Source of the DNA: Trichodelitschia bisporula
Lineage: Eukaryota
Assembly (NCBI GenBank): GCA_010356995.1
Contig: ML996702.1
Span: forward strand, 124,001-188,000
Reading direction: 5' to 3'
Length of the DNA: 64,000 nucleotides
In this document: positions 1-13,705 of the stretch, one piece after another
Layout: the number at the start of each line of letters is the position of its first letter
Position numbering within the stretch: position 1 is the first letter of the stretch
Notes under the pieces: model-generated
Told to the model about the DNA's origin: nothing
What the model saw: the letters and a program-made list of their open reading frames with translations, nothing else
The model's database searches: none
Program-made: the position numbers and the translations under genes

Positions 1-356
1 ACCGCCTCTCCGCATCGTGAAACTCAAATTCTAAAGCCCTTACGGCACCTTATCTACGCCGTGCGCGCTGCGTGTGAGCTTCCAGCCCTCTCCAATCGCG
101 GCTTAACCCGCGTGGTGGTCCGACATCTGAAACGCGGGCCCGTCGCCAATCCAGCCTCTCCACCGCGGGGCGCGTCTTGACACGCTCGCGAGGCTGGCGT
201 CCGCAGGCTCCTTGTGTCACGGGAAAAGCAACACCAAATAGAAGGGGCGGGGGTATAAACACGCTTGCGGTCCCGCTTTCGAGTCTAGTTGATAACGCTT
301 TCATCTTCGTCTTCAACCTCAATCCAGGCCCCGAGTTCCACATCAATTCCACCGCG

Positions 357-1113
357 ATGGCGACTTCGACTTCATCTGCGCCCGCCGCGGAGCCTACTCG
401 TACAACCTCTTCCGATCCTCCATCCGCAACGGATCCAAAATCCTCCACGCTTCCTCCATCCGACGAGCCTCCTTCAGCCGAAGCCCTCGCCGCCGCAGAT
501 ACAATCCCCATCTTCAGCGCCCCAGGCACAAGCACACCCTTCCGCGACATATATGCAGCCGACGACATAGACCGGCACCTCGTAATTTTCGTCCGGCATT
601 TTTTCTGCGGCGTTCGTCCCCCTCCCTCCCACCCCTCCAACCCCAAACCCACCCGCTAACCTCCTCCAGATCTGCCAAGACTTCCTCGCCTCCTTCTCGC
701 ACACCATCCCCCCCTCCAGCCTCCCGCCTCGCACTCGGATAACAATAATCGGCCCCGGCAGTCCCACGCTCATCCCCAGCTACCTCTCCGCCACCAGCTC
801 CCCCTACACCCTGCTCTCCGAACCCACCGGCCAACTCTACGACGTGCTGGGCTTCATCCGCACGCTGTCCCTCGGTGATAAGAAGCCAAGTTATGTAAAG
901 AGGAGTATGTTGGTGGGGAGTCTGGCGAGTATAGCGCAGGCGTTTGGGACGGGGAGGGAGATGTTAAAGGGAGGCGAGTTCGATCGGAATGGCGGGGAGA
1001 TTTTGTGGGTTAGGAAGGAGGACGAGTGGAACGTGGAGTGGATACACAGGATGAGGAATACGAGGGGGCATGCGGAGATTGATACTCTCAAGCAGGTGTT
1101 AGGGGTGGCGTAG
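357..1113 (+). CDS. AhpC/TSA-like (peroxiredoxin-like 2) thioredoxin-fold protein
   Basis: ATG 357. Intron 612-669 (gttcgt..gctaac..cag) joins LVIFVRHFFCG|ICQ, giving a CxxC. C-terminal GGE..W...WIHRMRNTRGHAEI is typical of the family. Confidence 0.8.
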
Positions 1114-1372
1114 GAGGCGTGACATGTGGAGGTTGAGCGTTGAGGCGGGTTCGCGGCGGCATAGGAGGTGGGCGGATGTATCGCACGTCGAATACGCGCT
1201 GGCATGTGGAGAGCGGTACTCTGAACAGTTCAAGGCGAGGCATAGGCAGGCACGGCGTTAGATTCCCCCAACCAACAGATACAGTATACAACTTTCCCTC
1301 CCAAACCCAGATCTACAACCTACTCCCCGTCCCTTTTACATCCACCACACACCTGTCCCATCAGCCCGCCTC

Positions 1373-2909
<1,537 letters not shown>

Positions 2910-3338
2910 TCAAGGGCAAAGGCGGGGCAGCTTTATCACCCAACATTCCCCGACGACCGTACGCCAGCGAGTCACTCTCTACGCAGTACGCCTTCAACAA
3001 GCCACCCCACAGTTCGCATTGGCATCCCGATGTCGCCCGCGCGCACCGGGAAACCGTCGCTCTTCTCGGTCAACGTTAGCGGCCGGTTCGCGGATCTAAT
3101 TGCCGGATTTGGACAGCGATGAGGGTGGGGTGGTGACGACGTCATCCGATGCCGTCATCGGCGCAATTACCTGTTGCTGTTGGTGATGGAATGGTCGGCT
3201 TCTTCAGTGCACTATCAGGCTGTCTCGGAGATCGAGCCGGTGATATCGGGATTGCACACTCGGGCCGATGGCAGTGGGGCTTATGGCGGTGGCGCCTTCC
3301 GTGCGCGCTGCATCGCTCTGCGCACCGTGCGCGGCGCG

Positions 3339-3910
3339 TATAAAGGCACTTTTTTTTTGCGTCGCTGTTTCTTTCTGCAACACCTTCACTGAGCTTGCGA
3401 ACTCGGGCTTCTGCTGTTCATCGCTGTCATGGCAATTCCTAATGACAGAGCTTTGTAACATGCTAACCATGGCTTCCATCTCTACAGCTTCATAGCCATT
3501 GCTGCTGCCAAAGCTTCCCTTCCGCTAACACCAGAGCTTCGCGACCGGCAAATGCAAGAGCTTCAGAGCCTGCTACATATGGCCGACATTACTGCAGCCC
3601 ATGACCTGCTACCTATTAATCACCACCATCGCAGCACATCAACGAGTGTCTCAATGCCAGGTACGTTTGCTCATCTTCTTTTCTCCCCCCGCCAACATGA
3701 TGATACCCTTCCCACATTCGCAGTTTCCACGCTAGGCCGTCGCCTAGTTTAGAACCTAATTAGACGGCCATTGAGCGGAATACTTCCTTGGATGTCTGAC
3801 TGGTTTTCACACTCCCTTTACTCGCAACTCCACGTTGAACCGCGCTGACAGCCGAAGCTCACAGGTTTATTCCGCTATGCAATGCTTTACACGTCCTCCC
3901 GCCCAGCATG
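3339..3910 (+). ncRNA. Probable non-coding spliced host transcript of U14 (ends approximate)
   Basis: TATAAA at 3339. Branch/acceptor gctaac..tacag ends at 3487. Intron 3661-3864 (gtacgt..gctgac..cacag) encloses U14. Only a ~51-aa unrecognisable spliced ORF. Confidence 0.6.
3691..3804 (+). ncRNA. U14: U14 box C/D snoRNA (snR128 homolog)
   Basis: Box C ATGATGA 3697-3703 and box D CTGA 3796-3799, with a gcca/tggt terminal stem. Domain A ACATTCGCAGTTTCCAC (3714-3730) and domain B CTTCCTTGGATGT (3783-3795) are antisense to 18S rRNA. Fungal Y-domain stem ggccgtc/gacggcc with AGAACC in the loop. Confidence 0.93.
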
Positions 3911-3935
3911 ACAGTTCATCACCCCTAGCCCACGC

Positions 3936-4357
3936 CTACCTCCCCTTCTCATCCTGCATACCAATGGTATCTGGTGCCTCAGGAAACTCCTCCTTCGCTT
4001 TCTTCTGTCCCTGCTGCCTGTCGCGCTGCTCCGTCGCATTACCACCCTCACCGTTCTCCTTCGCGCTACTGCCATATTAGCGCGTCAATTAGCAATGTAC
4101 TAAACGCCTGCGCGCCAGCCCACTTACGCCTTTGCCATCCTACTCCCGTCGGACTGTGGGTCGAGTCCTTTCTTGTCTGTAGCGTGCGTGGAATCGGGAT
4201 AGCCTTCGGTAGCAACGCGCTTAGACTGCGAGGAGCCGTGGGAGGAGTCTTCGCGGGGACGGAGGGTCGTGGTGAATGGACGGGTGGTGGTAGCACGGGA
4301 CGCGATGCGTGTAGGCAGGGACCGTATGGCCCGGACGGAGAGAGTAGAGATAGTCAT
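3936..4357 (-). CDS. Small hypothetical protein, possibly mitochondrial
   Basis: ATG 4357. Arg/Ser/Thr-rich presequence-like N-terminus. Intron 4069-4127 (gtaagt..cag). Ends KAKEEFPEAPDTIGMQDEKGR*. Confidence 0.7.
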
Positions 4358-4675
4358 TGTGCGGATTCTCGAGTAGCAATTCGGTAGCAATTCAGGCTTG
4401 AGGTTGTCAATGGTTCGTGAAGCTGTTTGTCATTGTCTCGCGGGTTTTATATCCGACACCATTCCCCGTCCCTCGGCCTTGGTACTCGACGTCATCACGA
4501 CGCTGCTTGGCCGCACCACGTACCGCGCACCCCGGCCCTCGGCTTGGCGGCCGTGCCTGGCGGGGGTGAGTGAGTCCTTGCAGTCGGGCGGGGTTGGTGA
4601 TGGCCGTTTTTTCAAGCTTCACTTCTTGCTAGACTAAGTATGCACCTCGGCCGTGTTTATAAACCTATTGCCGGT

Positions 4676-5115
4676 ATGGCGGCTGTGGATGATCTGGATG
4701 ATCTGGACGAGCGCTTCCCGTGCAAACTGTGCGTGGCCCCGGGCGGTGTGGAAGGGAAACTGACAAACGTAGCGTCCTCACCATCCCCTTCCCCACCCAC
4801 CGCCTCGCGAACGCAGCGCTGCGGTCGCTCGCCGTAGACGAGGAACTTTCGCAGCTTGTGAAGCGCGACTTTGCACTCACCAACAATGATGGGGATACAA
4901 GTACAAGCGAGGGCAAGGGCGTGGAGGCGGACACGGTCCTGCTCGTCACGTACCGCGCAACCACGCACCGCATGCTCCGCGTCGCGGTCAACGGGTTCTT
5001 GGAGAGTGTACGGCTCGTGGTGCAAGTCATGGAGGAGGCGGACGAGGATGTAGTCCTGCGGCCCAGCAGGGAGACACTGGTTGGTGCGCAGGGCGTGGAG
5101 AGCGTGGAGGTGTGA
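4676..5115 (+). CDS. PCC1: KEOPS/EKC complex subunit Pcc1 (LAGE3 family)
   Basis: Intron 4729-4772. Motifs FPCKL|VLTIPFPTHRLA..ALRSLAVDEEL..V.R and YRATTHRMLRVAVNGFLES. Confidence 0.88.
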
Positions 5116-6329
5116 TATTGTGGGTTGGGGTTGGGGTAGCTACGGATTGTACTGCCACCTCAGACGGAGACGATGCTGCGATATTATGAGGGCCGATGAG
5201 GCTCTGCGCATATTTGGGGGCGACAATGAAGCAAGTGCCGTGTACCCGCTTTCCTCAACGCCGCGGCCGAGTCGTGGAGGCTGGTGCGGGCTGCTTTGGG
5301 TGCTTTCGTGGTATTGGCTTTCAGCTGCGTGCGTGGCGGGTGTTTGTCTTGTACGTAGCGCGGGCGGTTGTTGCTCCGATCACGGCTTTGACGGTGGTGG
5401 AGGCGCTGTGACATGCAGGCACAAGGCTATGACAGACGGAGGGGAAGACGGAGACGCAACCGCAGACGCAGGTACGGAAGCTTACCATCCACGACACTGT
5501 TCAGCATTAACGAGCGCTGCGACGCAATATATCACTTCCTTTCCTCGCCGCTCACATCTCGCCCTAGCATCGTGCATCACCGTCTAGCTCCCGCTTTGGG
5601 GGCCGAAATCTAGCGCTACACAACACAAGCAACACAAGCAACAAACAAAGAACCAACAGCCCTATCACCGCTCGCTAAAGCTCGATTCTGGACCTCCCTC
5701 CCCTCGCATGCGGGCGCCACGTTCCTCAAACATGCACACTGCAGGTCCCGGCACGCGATGCTGTGATTGGGCGGAGCACGCGCTGGGGGTGCGCCTGGCG
5801 CTCTGTCAGGGGAAGATATCGGGGGTGGGATCTAGAGCAGGTCTTTTATCGATGCTATTTTGATGTCATGGTGAAGGCGATGGGGTTGAGTGGTGAGTCT
5901 GGCATCTCGGGTGCGAACATGTTCTTACGATACTAGGGTTCGCTGGATGGATGTGAATATGGATATGGAGTTGGCGGACGCCCATCACGCCTCTCCTCAA
6001 CTCAACCACAACAAGCTTCCGCCACACCTGCCCCCGCGCCACCCCCCTCGATTCTTTCGTGGGTTTGAGCCGCACGCGTGGTCAATGCAGGAGTGCGGCT
6101 GAGGTTCTGGCGCCAGCCTTGCCGAGAGTTCTGGGGCCCGATTCGGATGGTGCCCCGTGCGTAGGCTGTGATGGTTGACCGGTCTGGATGTTGGGGATGG
6201 AGGAGGGATATGAAGGCGTGCCCAGATCCATATTTGGAGGCTCTGGTTGGGTTTGTGATACCGCCGACTTTTTCGTTCTTTGTGTGAGTTGTGGTTTTGA
6301 AGCTGTCGTTCCTTTGCGAGTTGGATATC

Positions 6330-6520
6330 GCGAGTGAGATTGTCTATCATTTTGGTATCGACTGTTTATCGTTTGGCATTGAACGTCTATCATTCCGCGT
6401 CTACTTCCGTACCGTCTGTCATTCGGCATCTGGCAGCAGTCGCTGGCATCTACCGTCTGCCATTTAGCATCTAGCATCCATCATCCGGCATCGACCGTCT
6501 ACCATTCGGCATCGACTGTT
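6330..6520. repeat. Degenerate ~21-bp tandem repeat (ggcatcgaccgtctaccattc-like)
   Basis: About 8 imperfect units of ggcatc..cgtct..catt immediately upstream of the 6588 gene. Confidence 0.6.
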
Positions 6521-6587
6521 CACCCTCACTGCTATGCAATAAAAACACCCTTCTTGTCTTACCACCATACATCCGTAGCCAGCAACC

Positions 6588-9500
6588 ATGAACATCATGC
6601 GTCCCAAATCCAAATCCAAAAACCGCGCCTTTGACGCGCGCAGTTCGTCCCCCCCTCCCCCATCATCATCCCCTAACTAACAAGGCAGAACAACGCACGC
6701 CCCTCACCTCGCGCTTCTCCTCCCGCCCCGCCCTCATAAAACTCTACAGCCTCCTCGCCGTCCTCATCCTAACCCTCGCCCTCATCGGCCTCCTGGAATA
6801 CGCAAACCGCACCCTCCCCTCCGGCCAGAAATCCGCCTTCAAGGCGCCGGACCTGCACAAGCGGCAAGTCGGCGGGAACGGCACAGTCACCGCCAACACC
6901 ACCTCGCCCGACCCAGCTCCTCCTCCTCCCCCTCCCGCAGCGAACCCTCCTGCAGCGAACCCTCCTGCAGCGAACCCTCCTGCAGCGAACCCTCCTGCAG
7001 CGAACCCTCCTGCAGCGAACCCTCCTGCAGCGAACACCACCACCCCACCGCCGGTCGGCCAAACCCCCGGCCAAACGGCAGGGCAGACAAACGGCCCCTT
7101 CGTCGCGCCGACCAGCACCTCGCCCCTCCCGTCCTGCCCCACAGGCGACATAAGCACCTGCACCTGCCCGCCCGACGCCGAGCTCCCGGACTGCGCATGC
7201 ACGCCCTCCAGCGAGGTCACCTTCTGCAGCTGCAGGATCCTATCCGAATCGCGCTCCTGCGTCTGCCCGCTCGACCAGTCGACAGGCGGCGGGTGCGCGG
7301 GGAACAGCACCGTCATCCCACCCGCCCCAGTCGGCGGCACCGTCGTCACTGTCGTCAACGCGTCTGTACCCATCACCCCTAACACCACTAACTTAACGGG
7401 CAGCGCGCCCGTCGGTGTGGGCGGTGTCACGCTGCTGGACACAGGGAACAGCACGGTCCCGGTGGCGAATATCTGCCTTCCTTCGGCTTCGGCGTCCGGT
7501 CCATTTAGGCCGGTGAGTGTCCTCGGCCGTCGGGCTGATTCAGCGTCGGGCGCGTGCACGCCTGCCCCGCCTTCGGGATCAAGCTCACCTGGCCCGGCGC
7601 CCGGACCGAGTGCATCCCGCTCAGGCTCGGCCTCCGTCTCACCACCTACGCCTCGTGCATCAGCCTCGGCCTCACCGCCCACGCCCCGTGCGTCAGGCTC
7701 CGTTTCTGTATCACCACCCACGCCGGCCGGCAGTCCCGCGGCGTCGGTGGTGCAAGGGTCGGCAACGCCTGCTGCGTCGGTGGTGGTTGGGTCAGCCACA
7801 CCCGCTGCGTCGGGGAGCTCAGCCCCGCCGATTGTTGTGCTGGGGGCGAATCCGCCGGCGTCTGCGAATCCACCTGCGGCGTCTGCCAATCCGCCGGCTG
7901 TGGTCAATAACCCGGGTCCGTCGGCGAATCCACCTGTTAACAATCCCGCTCCGGCAGGGAATCCGCCTGCCAACAATCCCGCTCCGGCACCGGCGCCCGG
8001 CGCGAGCGGTAACCCGGCTCCTGCGCCGGGGCTGACGCCGGTTGCGAATACGCCCAATACGCCGAACGCCCCTAACGCTCCTAACGCACCGGACGTTCCC
8101 AATGCTCCCAACGCCCCAAACGCACCCGCCCCAACCGCCATCCCCATCGCCCTAATCTCTATCTCCACCTCCACCAACGCAGCCGGCACCCCCGTCCCCG
8201 TCCCCATAACCTTCCTCCAAACAACCATCAACCCCTCCGCCTCCGTCGTCACCGGCACCTCAGGGTCCACATTCTCCATCCCCGCACTACTCCTCACTGA
8301 AACCCCCAAACCCGAGACCCCGAAGCCGGGATCCAGCCCCGGAGGCGGTGGAGGCGGCGGCGGAGGAGGTGGAGACGGAGGTGGTGGATCCGACTCGCAG
8401 AAGGTCGCCCTCTTCGCCTGGCCCGCCTCAAAGACCGTGCTCGGCGGTTACGTCCCCGTGCTCATCGCCAAGTTCTACACCATGGGCTGGAGCACCCTGC
8501 ACACCACCGCCGTCGACCTCGCACCCTGGGAAGCCCTGCTCTCCCCCACCGGCGCATCGGGGTCCTCCCTCCTCAACCCGCAGTCCTGGATCACGCTCGC
8601 GCCCTACCTGCTCAGCACCATCGCGCTCCCGCTCGCGGCTGAGGTTATCTACTTCGACACGCATTACTGCGCCGCGACGGAGGGAGCGAATCCATGCTGG
8701 CCGCCGAGAATGACAGTCACGCCGTGGGTGGTACATACATTGCAGGGCCTGTTGGCGGGCGTCGCGGTGCTGACGCTCGTGCTCCTCGCGGCGTGGTTCA
8801 AGAAGCCGCATACCACCTCGGGCGACCCGACTAGTATTGCGGCGGTGGCGGCGGTGGCTGGGCATCCGGGTGTGGTTAGGGATTTTTGTGTGCCTGGGGA
8901 GGCGAGGGAGGGGGAGTTGAAGCGCTTACTTGAGGGGAAGAGGTATGTGCTTGATTGGTATGCGGCGCTGGATGGGAGGAGACGGTGGGGGATGGTGCCT
9001 GCGGAAGGCGGGGAGGGGAATGCGTATGCGCTGCCGCCGGTGTCGGTGGGGGATGGGGCGAGTTCGACGAGCCCGTCTAGGTTTCGCGTGGATTGGCGTG
9101 AGCTGGGGAGGGGGTGGAAGGATGTGGCGGGGTATGCGGATGGGGTATTTGTTGCGTACCTCGTGGGTGTGCTCGCGCTTGTGGCGGCGTACTTGCGGGA
9201 TGTGGATAAGAGTGCGTTGGCGCGGTTGTTTGAGGGGAGTACGTTTGGGCGGAGATTGTTCTTTGCTATCCTAGGGATGATTGCGTCGAGGAACTTCAGC
9301 CGGTTGGAGAGGGGTGAGTTTTTGTGTTTGTGATTTGGCGGACGAGGCTGACGGGACAGAAACGCAAACTCTTGCGCCATACATGCGTCTCCAGCACTTA
9401 CACGCGCCGCCGACGTCGACCGTGCTGCTGCGCAAGCACACGACGCCCATCACAAGCTTCATCCCCCTCCTGCGCAGCGGACACCTCACCCCCGCCGCCG

Positions 9501-9952
9501 TCGCCCTCGCAGCGCTGGTAGGCGAGTTCCTCGTCGTCGCGCTATCGGGCCTGCCCTACCGGTCCGGCCAACTCCAATCCGAATTCATGTTCTGTGCCGG
9601 CGCGAGCATCGCCATCGTGGGCGTCATGCTAGTGGGCGTGATTGGCGTCTTCGTGTGGCGGCGCGCGACGCCGCACCTCCCGCGGAGGCCGGATACTGTG
9701 GCCGCGGTGATGACGTATGTGTGTGATAGTCGGATGTGCGAGGATTTTGAGGGGGGGGAGAAGGTTAGTGTTAAGGAGAGGGATCGGCATGTTGTTAGGC
9801 TGGGGAAGAGGTATGGGTATGGGGTGCGGGAGGGGGCGGATGGGGGTGGGAGGTGGGTTGTGGATGATATGCCTGATGCGCCGAAGGGGGGGGGTTTGGC
9901 GGCGCAGGGGGGGAAGGAGAGTTCTGAGTCGCGGGATGGGCGGTTGGTGTGA
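6588..9952 (+). CDS. DUF3433-family multi-pass membrane protein with a large Pro/Ala/Asn-rich, Cys-containing extracellular insert
   Basis: ATG 6588. Introns 6643-6688 and 9314-9359. N-terminal TM, (PPAAN)n, CxC repeats, then DPTSIAAVAA and LAPY..PHLPRRPDTVAAVMTYVCDSRM..DF segments resembling DUF3433 proteins. Confidence 0.75.
6934..7035 (+). repeat. Coding 15-bp tandem repeat (cctgcagcgaaccct)n = PAANP
   Basis: About 7 near-identical units. Confidence 0.95.
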
Positions 9953-10288
9953 GGGCAGGAGTCTGTTGATGTGTTTACTGGAAAAGGAGTCACTGTCGTT
10001 ACGGTGCTGGATGGTAGACTAGAATGGCATGGCATGGCACGATGTGCTTTGAAGGAGCAATAGCATAGATTTTTGTTTCTCAACCATTCCCTTTGTTAAA
10101 AACGACAATCGACAGCCGTTCCTTTGTCCGTCCTTCTTGTACGCCAACAACACCCTTTCATCTATCAAAGAAACATCCCAATCAGACCTCCATAGCACAT
10201 ATATACCAACCCCCTCCACCCAGCCCCTTTCCCACACCTCTCAAGTATCTATTATCTACCAACACCCCCTCGCGAAAAGAACATCAAA

Positions 10289-12273
10289 ATGATAATCCCC
10301 GCCTTTACCGCGCTCGTCGCCGCCACCGCCTTGCGCCCGCACACCCGGCGCGCCATCGCCGAGCGCGACGTCACCGATCCCCACGCTCCTATCATCACAA
10401 TCGGCATCTCCCCACCGACCATCGCAGCGAAGCAGGTTATCCCCACAATCTCGACCCGCGCTGCGGCTGCTGCTCCTGATGGCTGTACTTCCTGTGGTGC
10501 TGATCCGGTTGCTGCTAATCAGGCTGGTGATAATCCATTTGGCATTGCTCCCTTCGGTACTAATCCATTTGGCATTGCTCCCTTCGGTACTAATCCATTT
10601 GGTCCTGCCCAGGCCGGTGGTGCTGCTCCCGCCGGTGGTGCTGCTCCCGCCGGTGGTGCTGCTCCCGCTGGTGGTGCTGCCCCCGCCGGTGGTGCTGCTC
10701 CGGCCGGTAGTGCTGCTCCCGCTAGTAGTGCTGCTCCCGCCGGTGGTGCTGCTCCGGCCGGTGGTGCTGCCCCCGCCGGTGGTGCTGCTCCGGCCGGTAG
10801 TGCTGCTCCCGCTAGTAGTGCTGCTCCCGCCGATAATCCTGTTCCGGTCGGTAGTGCTGCTCCCGCTGGTAGTGCTGCTCCCGCTGGTAGTGCTGCTCCC
10901 GCTGGTAGTGCTGCTCCCGCTGGTAGTGCTGCTCCCGCTGGTAGNNNNNNNNNNNNNNNNNNNNNNNNNNNNNNGGTAGTGCTGCTCCCGCTGGTAGTGC
11001 TGCTCCCGCTGGTAGTGCTGCTCCCGCTGGTAGTGCTGCTCCCGCTGGTAGTGCTGCTCCCGCTGGTAGTGCTGCTCCCGCTGGTGCAGCTGCCGGCACT
11101 GCTCCCGGTCCTGCGGTTTCCGGCGGTGCCGCTCCTAGCAGTGTTGCAGCTCCCAGCCCCGCCACTCCCAGTTCCGCCGCCCCTGGATCCTCCGCTCCCC
11201 CGCCTGCTTCTCCAGCCGCATCCCAGTCCGCCGCATCCCCGGCCGGGAGCATAGTCAGCAGCACCGTCATCACCTTCTCGACTCTCGGGCCCTCCCTCAC
11301 TCCGGCAGCCAGCAAAGTCAGCAGCATCGCCATCACCTTCTCCACCCAAAGCCCCTCCTCCGCCACCCCGCCCCCCACAAGCTCCAAACCACCCCACCCG
11401 AGCTCCAGCTCCGCGCCACCCCCCCCAAGCTTCAGCTCCGGTCCCCCACCCCCAAAATATATCTCGCCAGGCCCCTACCACGTCCCCGGCGCCGAAGCCT
11501 ACACCGGCGGGCCCATTGGCAAGGCCTCCTGCGACATCACGCACGCGCCCTCCAGCGGCCCCGGCTCCATCCCCGTCAGCCTAGGCGCCTATGTTAAAGC
11601 TGCAACCGGGCTGTGCAGCAAGGGCGGGCTCGGGGACGCAACCATCTATCCCGCCATCGGGATCGGATACAGTGTGTCCAAGGAGGTCCATAAGGGCGAC
11701 AAGGTGCGCAGGTTCGTCCTGGTGGATGATAGCCAGGAGGGCAGCGTTATGGCTTTTATACGCCCGGATGCTATTACCGTGCCGGGGCATACGGTTGTCG
11801 TGGATGCGGCGGAGTGTGCGGCGGCGTTTGAGCGCATATTTGCCGATTGTGCGGTTGATGCGAATCCGGCCAAGCCAGACGCGAAGCCGGAGAACAAGAT
11901 TTTGAAGGGCGGGGGGGTGGTGGATGTGGGCATTGTGCGGTATCAGGGGGCGTTTTATGATGGCGGGCCGGTGTACGGCCATGTGCCTGTTGAGTTTACG
12001 ACCAATCTTCCGCAGCCTGGCGTGAGCTTCAACCCGGGGAATCTGCCGTTGAAGTGCCAGGATGATAACCAGGGGAATTGTCTTTGCTATTACGAGGCGA
12101 TGAGCGGACAGACGGATATCTTTGACAAGCGGTATGATTGCGCGCCGCAGAGGGTCAAGATGGAATATTTGTTGAGTTTGCCCGCGAATCAGAAGCCGAA
12201 GGGGGCGCCGCCGATTCAGGTGAAGCCGTCGAGTTCGGGGGGGGATTCTAGGACAGTTGGTGCGCCTTTTTAG
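10289..12273 (+). CDS. Probable secreted protein: NPFG repeats, (G[GS]AAPA)n linker, Ser/Pro linker and Cys-containing C-terminal domain
   Basis: Signal-like MIIPAFTALVAATA. After the N gap, the frame starting 10975 is open through ORF 11674-12273, so the apparent frameshift falls inside the gap. Confidence 0.75.
10615..11085 (+). repeat. Coding 18-bp tandem repeat (ggtagtgctgctcccgct)n interrupted by an assembly gap
   Basis: More than 20 units; 30 Ns at 10945-10974. Confidence 0.95.
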
Positions 12274-12766
12274 TTTTGTAGATATACCTTTAATTTTAGT
12301 TCTGTTGCGCTGCAATTGTGTCCCGATATGCGCGAGCTGTGCCGAATGTGGAGCTTTGACGCGGACAAGGCTGAACATCAGGTTGGGTGCCGAGGCTGAA
12401 AGTCGAGATGTGCCTGAACCGAGAACTGCGTAAAGGTTTACCCGCCATCGACATCTGTCTCCAAATCCTCCCAGGCGTTAGCAGACGGAGGGTAGACAAC
12501 AATGTGGTGGAAGCGCATGCCCGCCACCACCCCACAGCGCACAACCGCACGACCTCAAAGCCAACTCCGCCTCACGCACAAAGAACCCCTTAACATTGTC
12601 CCCCCAAGCTATTACCTCCTCTCTCGCTCCCAGCGCTCACAATCCTAACAATCCCCTTTATCCCAAGTCCCTTGACTCACAAAGCCACCCGCAGTCCTAT
12701 TTAGTCCTTAAATGGGTAGTCCGGCCGGACCACACCGCACTCCTCCAATCCACCTCATTCACCGCA

Positions 12767-13291
12767 ATGCCTCTATTCATTCCCAAAACTCTCCTAGCGC
12801 TCCTCGCGCTGGGCACAACGGCTCAAGCCCAGCAAACCGGGCCCTACGGCAATACCACCAGCAACCCTTGCGTTAGCACCACCAGCGCCTTTCCTGTCTA
12901 CACCATCAGCACCCTCCCCGTCGACACCACCAGCGCCCCTTACCTTAACACCACCAGCGCCCTCCCCGTCGACACTACCAGCGCGCTTCCTGTCAGTACC
13001 ACCAACGTCCTCTCCTTCAACACTACCAGCGCGCTCCCCTTCAGTACTACCAGCGCCCTCCCCGTCAACACCACCAGCGCCGCCCTCAGCACCACCAGTG
13101 CCTCCGTTAGCATCAGCTCCTTCCCCGTCAGCATCGCCACCTCAATACCCTGGAGCCCGCAACTGGGCCCAGCCTTGGGCATGAACCTAGGCTCGCGGTG
13201 GATGTCCTGGTTCCAGTCTGAAATATCCAGCGCCATCGTTCACACGGCTCGCAGAACCCCTACCATCCTCATAACCACCACCAAGAAGTGA
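12767..13291 (+). CDS. Secreted Ser/Thr-rich protein with 8-aa (TTSALPVN-like) repeats
   Basis: Signal peptide MPLFIPKTLLALLALGTTAQA; about 10 24-bp repeats with NTT sequons. Confidence 0.7.
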   Translation: MPLFIPKTLLALLALGTTAQAQQTGPYGNTTSNPCVSTTSAFPVYTISTLPVDTTSAPYLNTTSALPVDTTSALPVSTTNVLSFNTTSALPFSTTSALPVNTTSAALSTTSASVSISSFPVSIATSIPWSPQLGPALGMNLGSRWMSWFQSEISSAIVHTARRTPTILITTTKK

Positions 13292-13456
13292 TGTGGATAT
13301 GGGAAGGGGCGTTGTTATTGTCCGGAAAGAGCAAAGGAGGATGCCTGGAATCGTATATTTGAGTCTCGAGAGTCCCTTCCTCTCTTCTCTTCGTATTCTA
13401 TTTCAATCCTCAGTTCACGCAGTTGCCACTGCACGTGTTGGAGCCTTCGCTCCCGT
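13288..13456 (+). repeat. Dispersed repeat family, copy a
   Basis: gtgatgtggatatgggaagg..gagcaaaggaggat..agtctcgagagt..cagttgccactgcacg..gctccc. Confidence 0.8.
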
Positions 13457-13705
13457 GAGTGAACATTGAATTTGCTCCTTCATTGATGCCATGTCTGGCC
13501 ATCTTTGAGGTCCTCAAATAAAACCTAGCCTCGCGCACAAAACCCCCCAGCCCATTATCACCACAACCTCTAGCCCTTATTCCGACTCGACCTCCTGACC
13601 TGAACAATGCTTTTGTCTCCGGCCCTTTGATTCCCACAAGCCACCCTTCCTTAAAAAGTCCTCTAGTCAGCCCCACCTCGCGGCATCATCACCTCACATT
13701 CAACA

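Noticed and set aside
6082..6231. Small minus-strand ORF MDLGTPSYPSS..
   Set aside because: Plausible start context but no domain or clear splice support.
6744..8309. Long antisense ORFs (also 10519-11544, 25180-26118, 40436-41461)
   Set aside because: Shadow ORFs of GC-rich or repetitive real genes.
10945..10974. Apparent frameshift/pseudogene in the GSAAPA gene
   Set aside because: The frame change lies within an N gap of estimated length.
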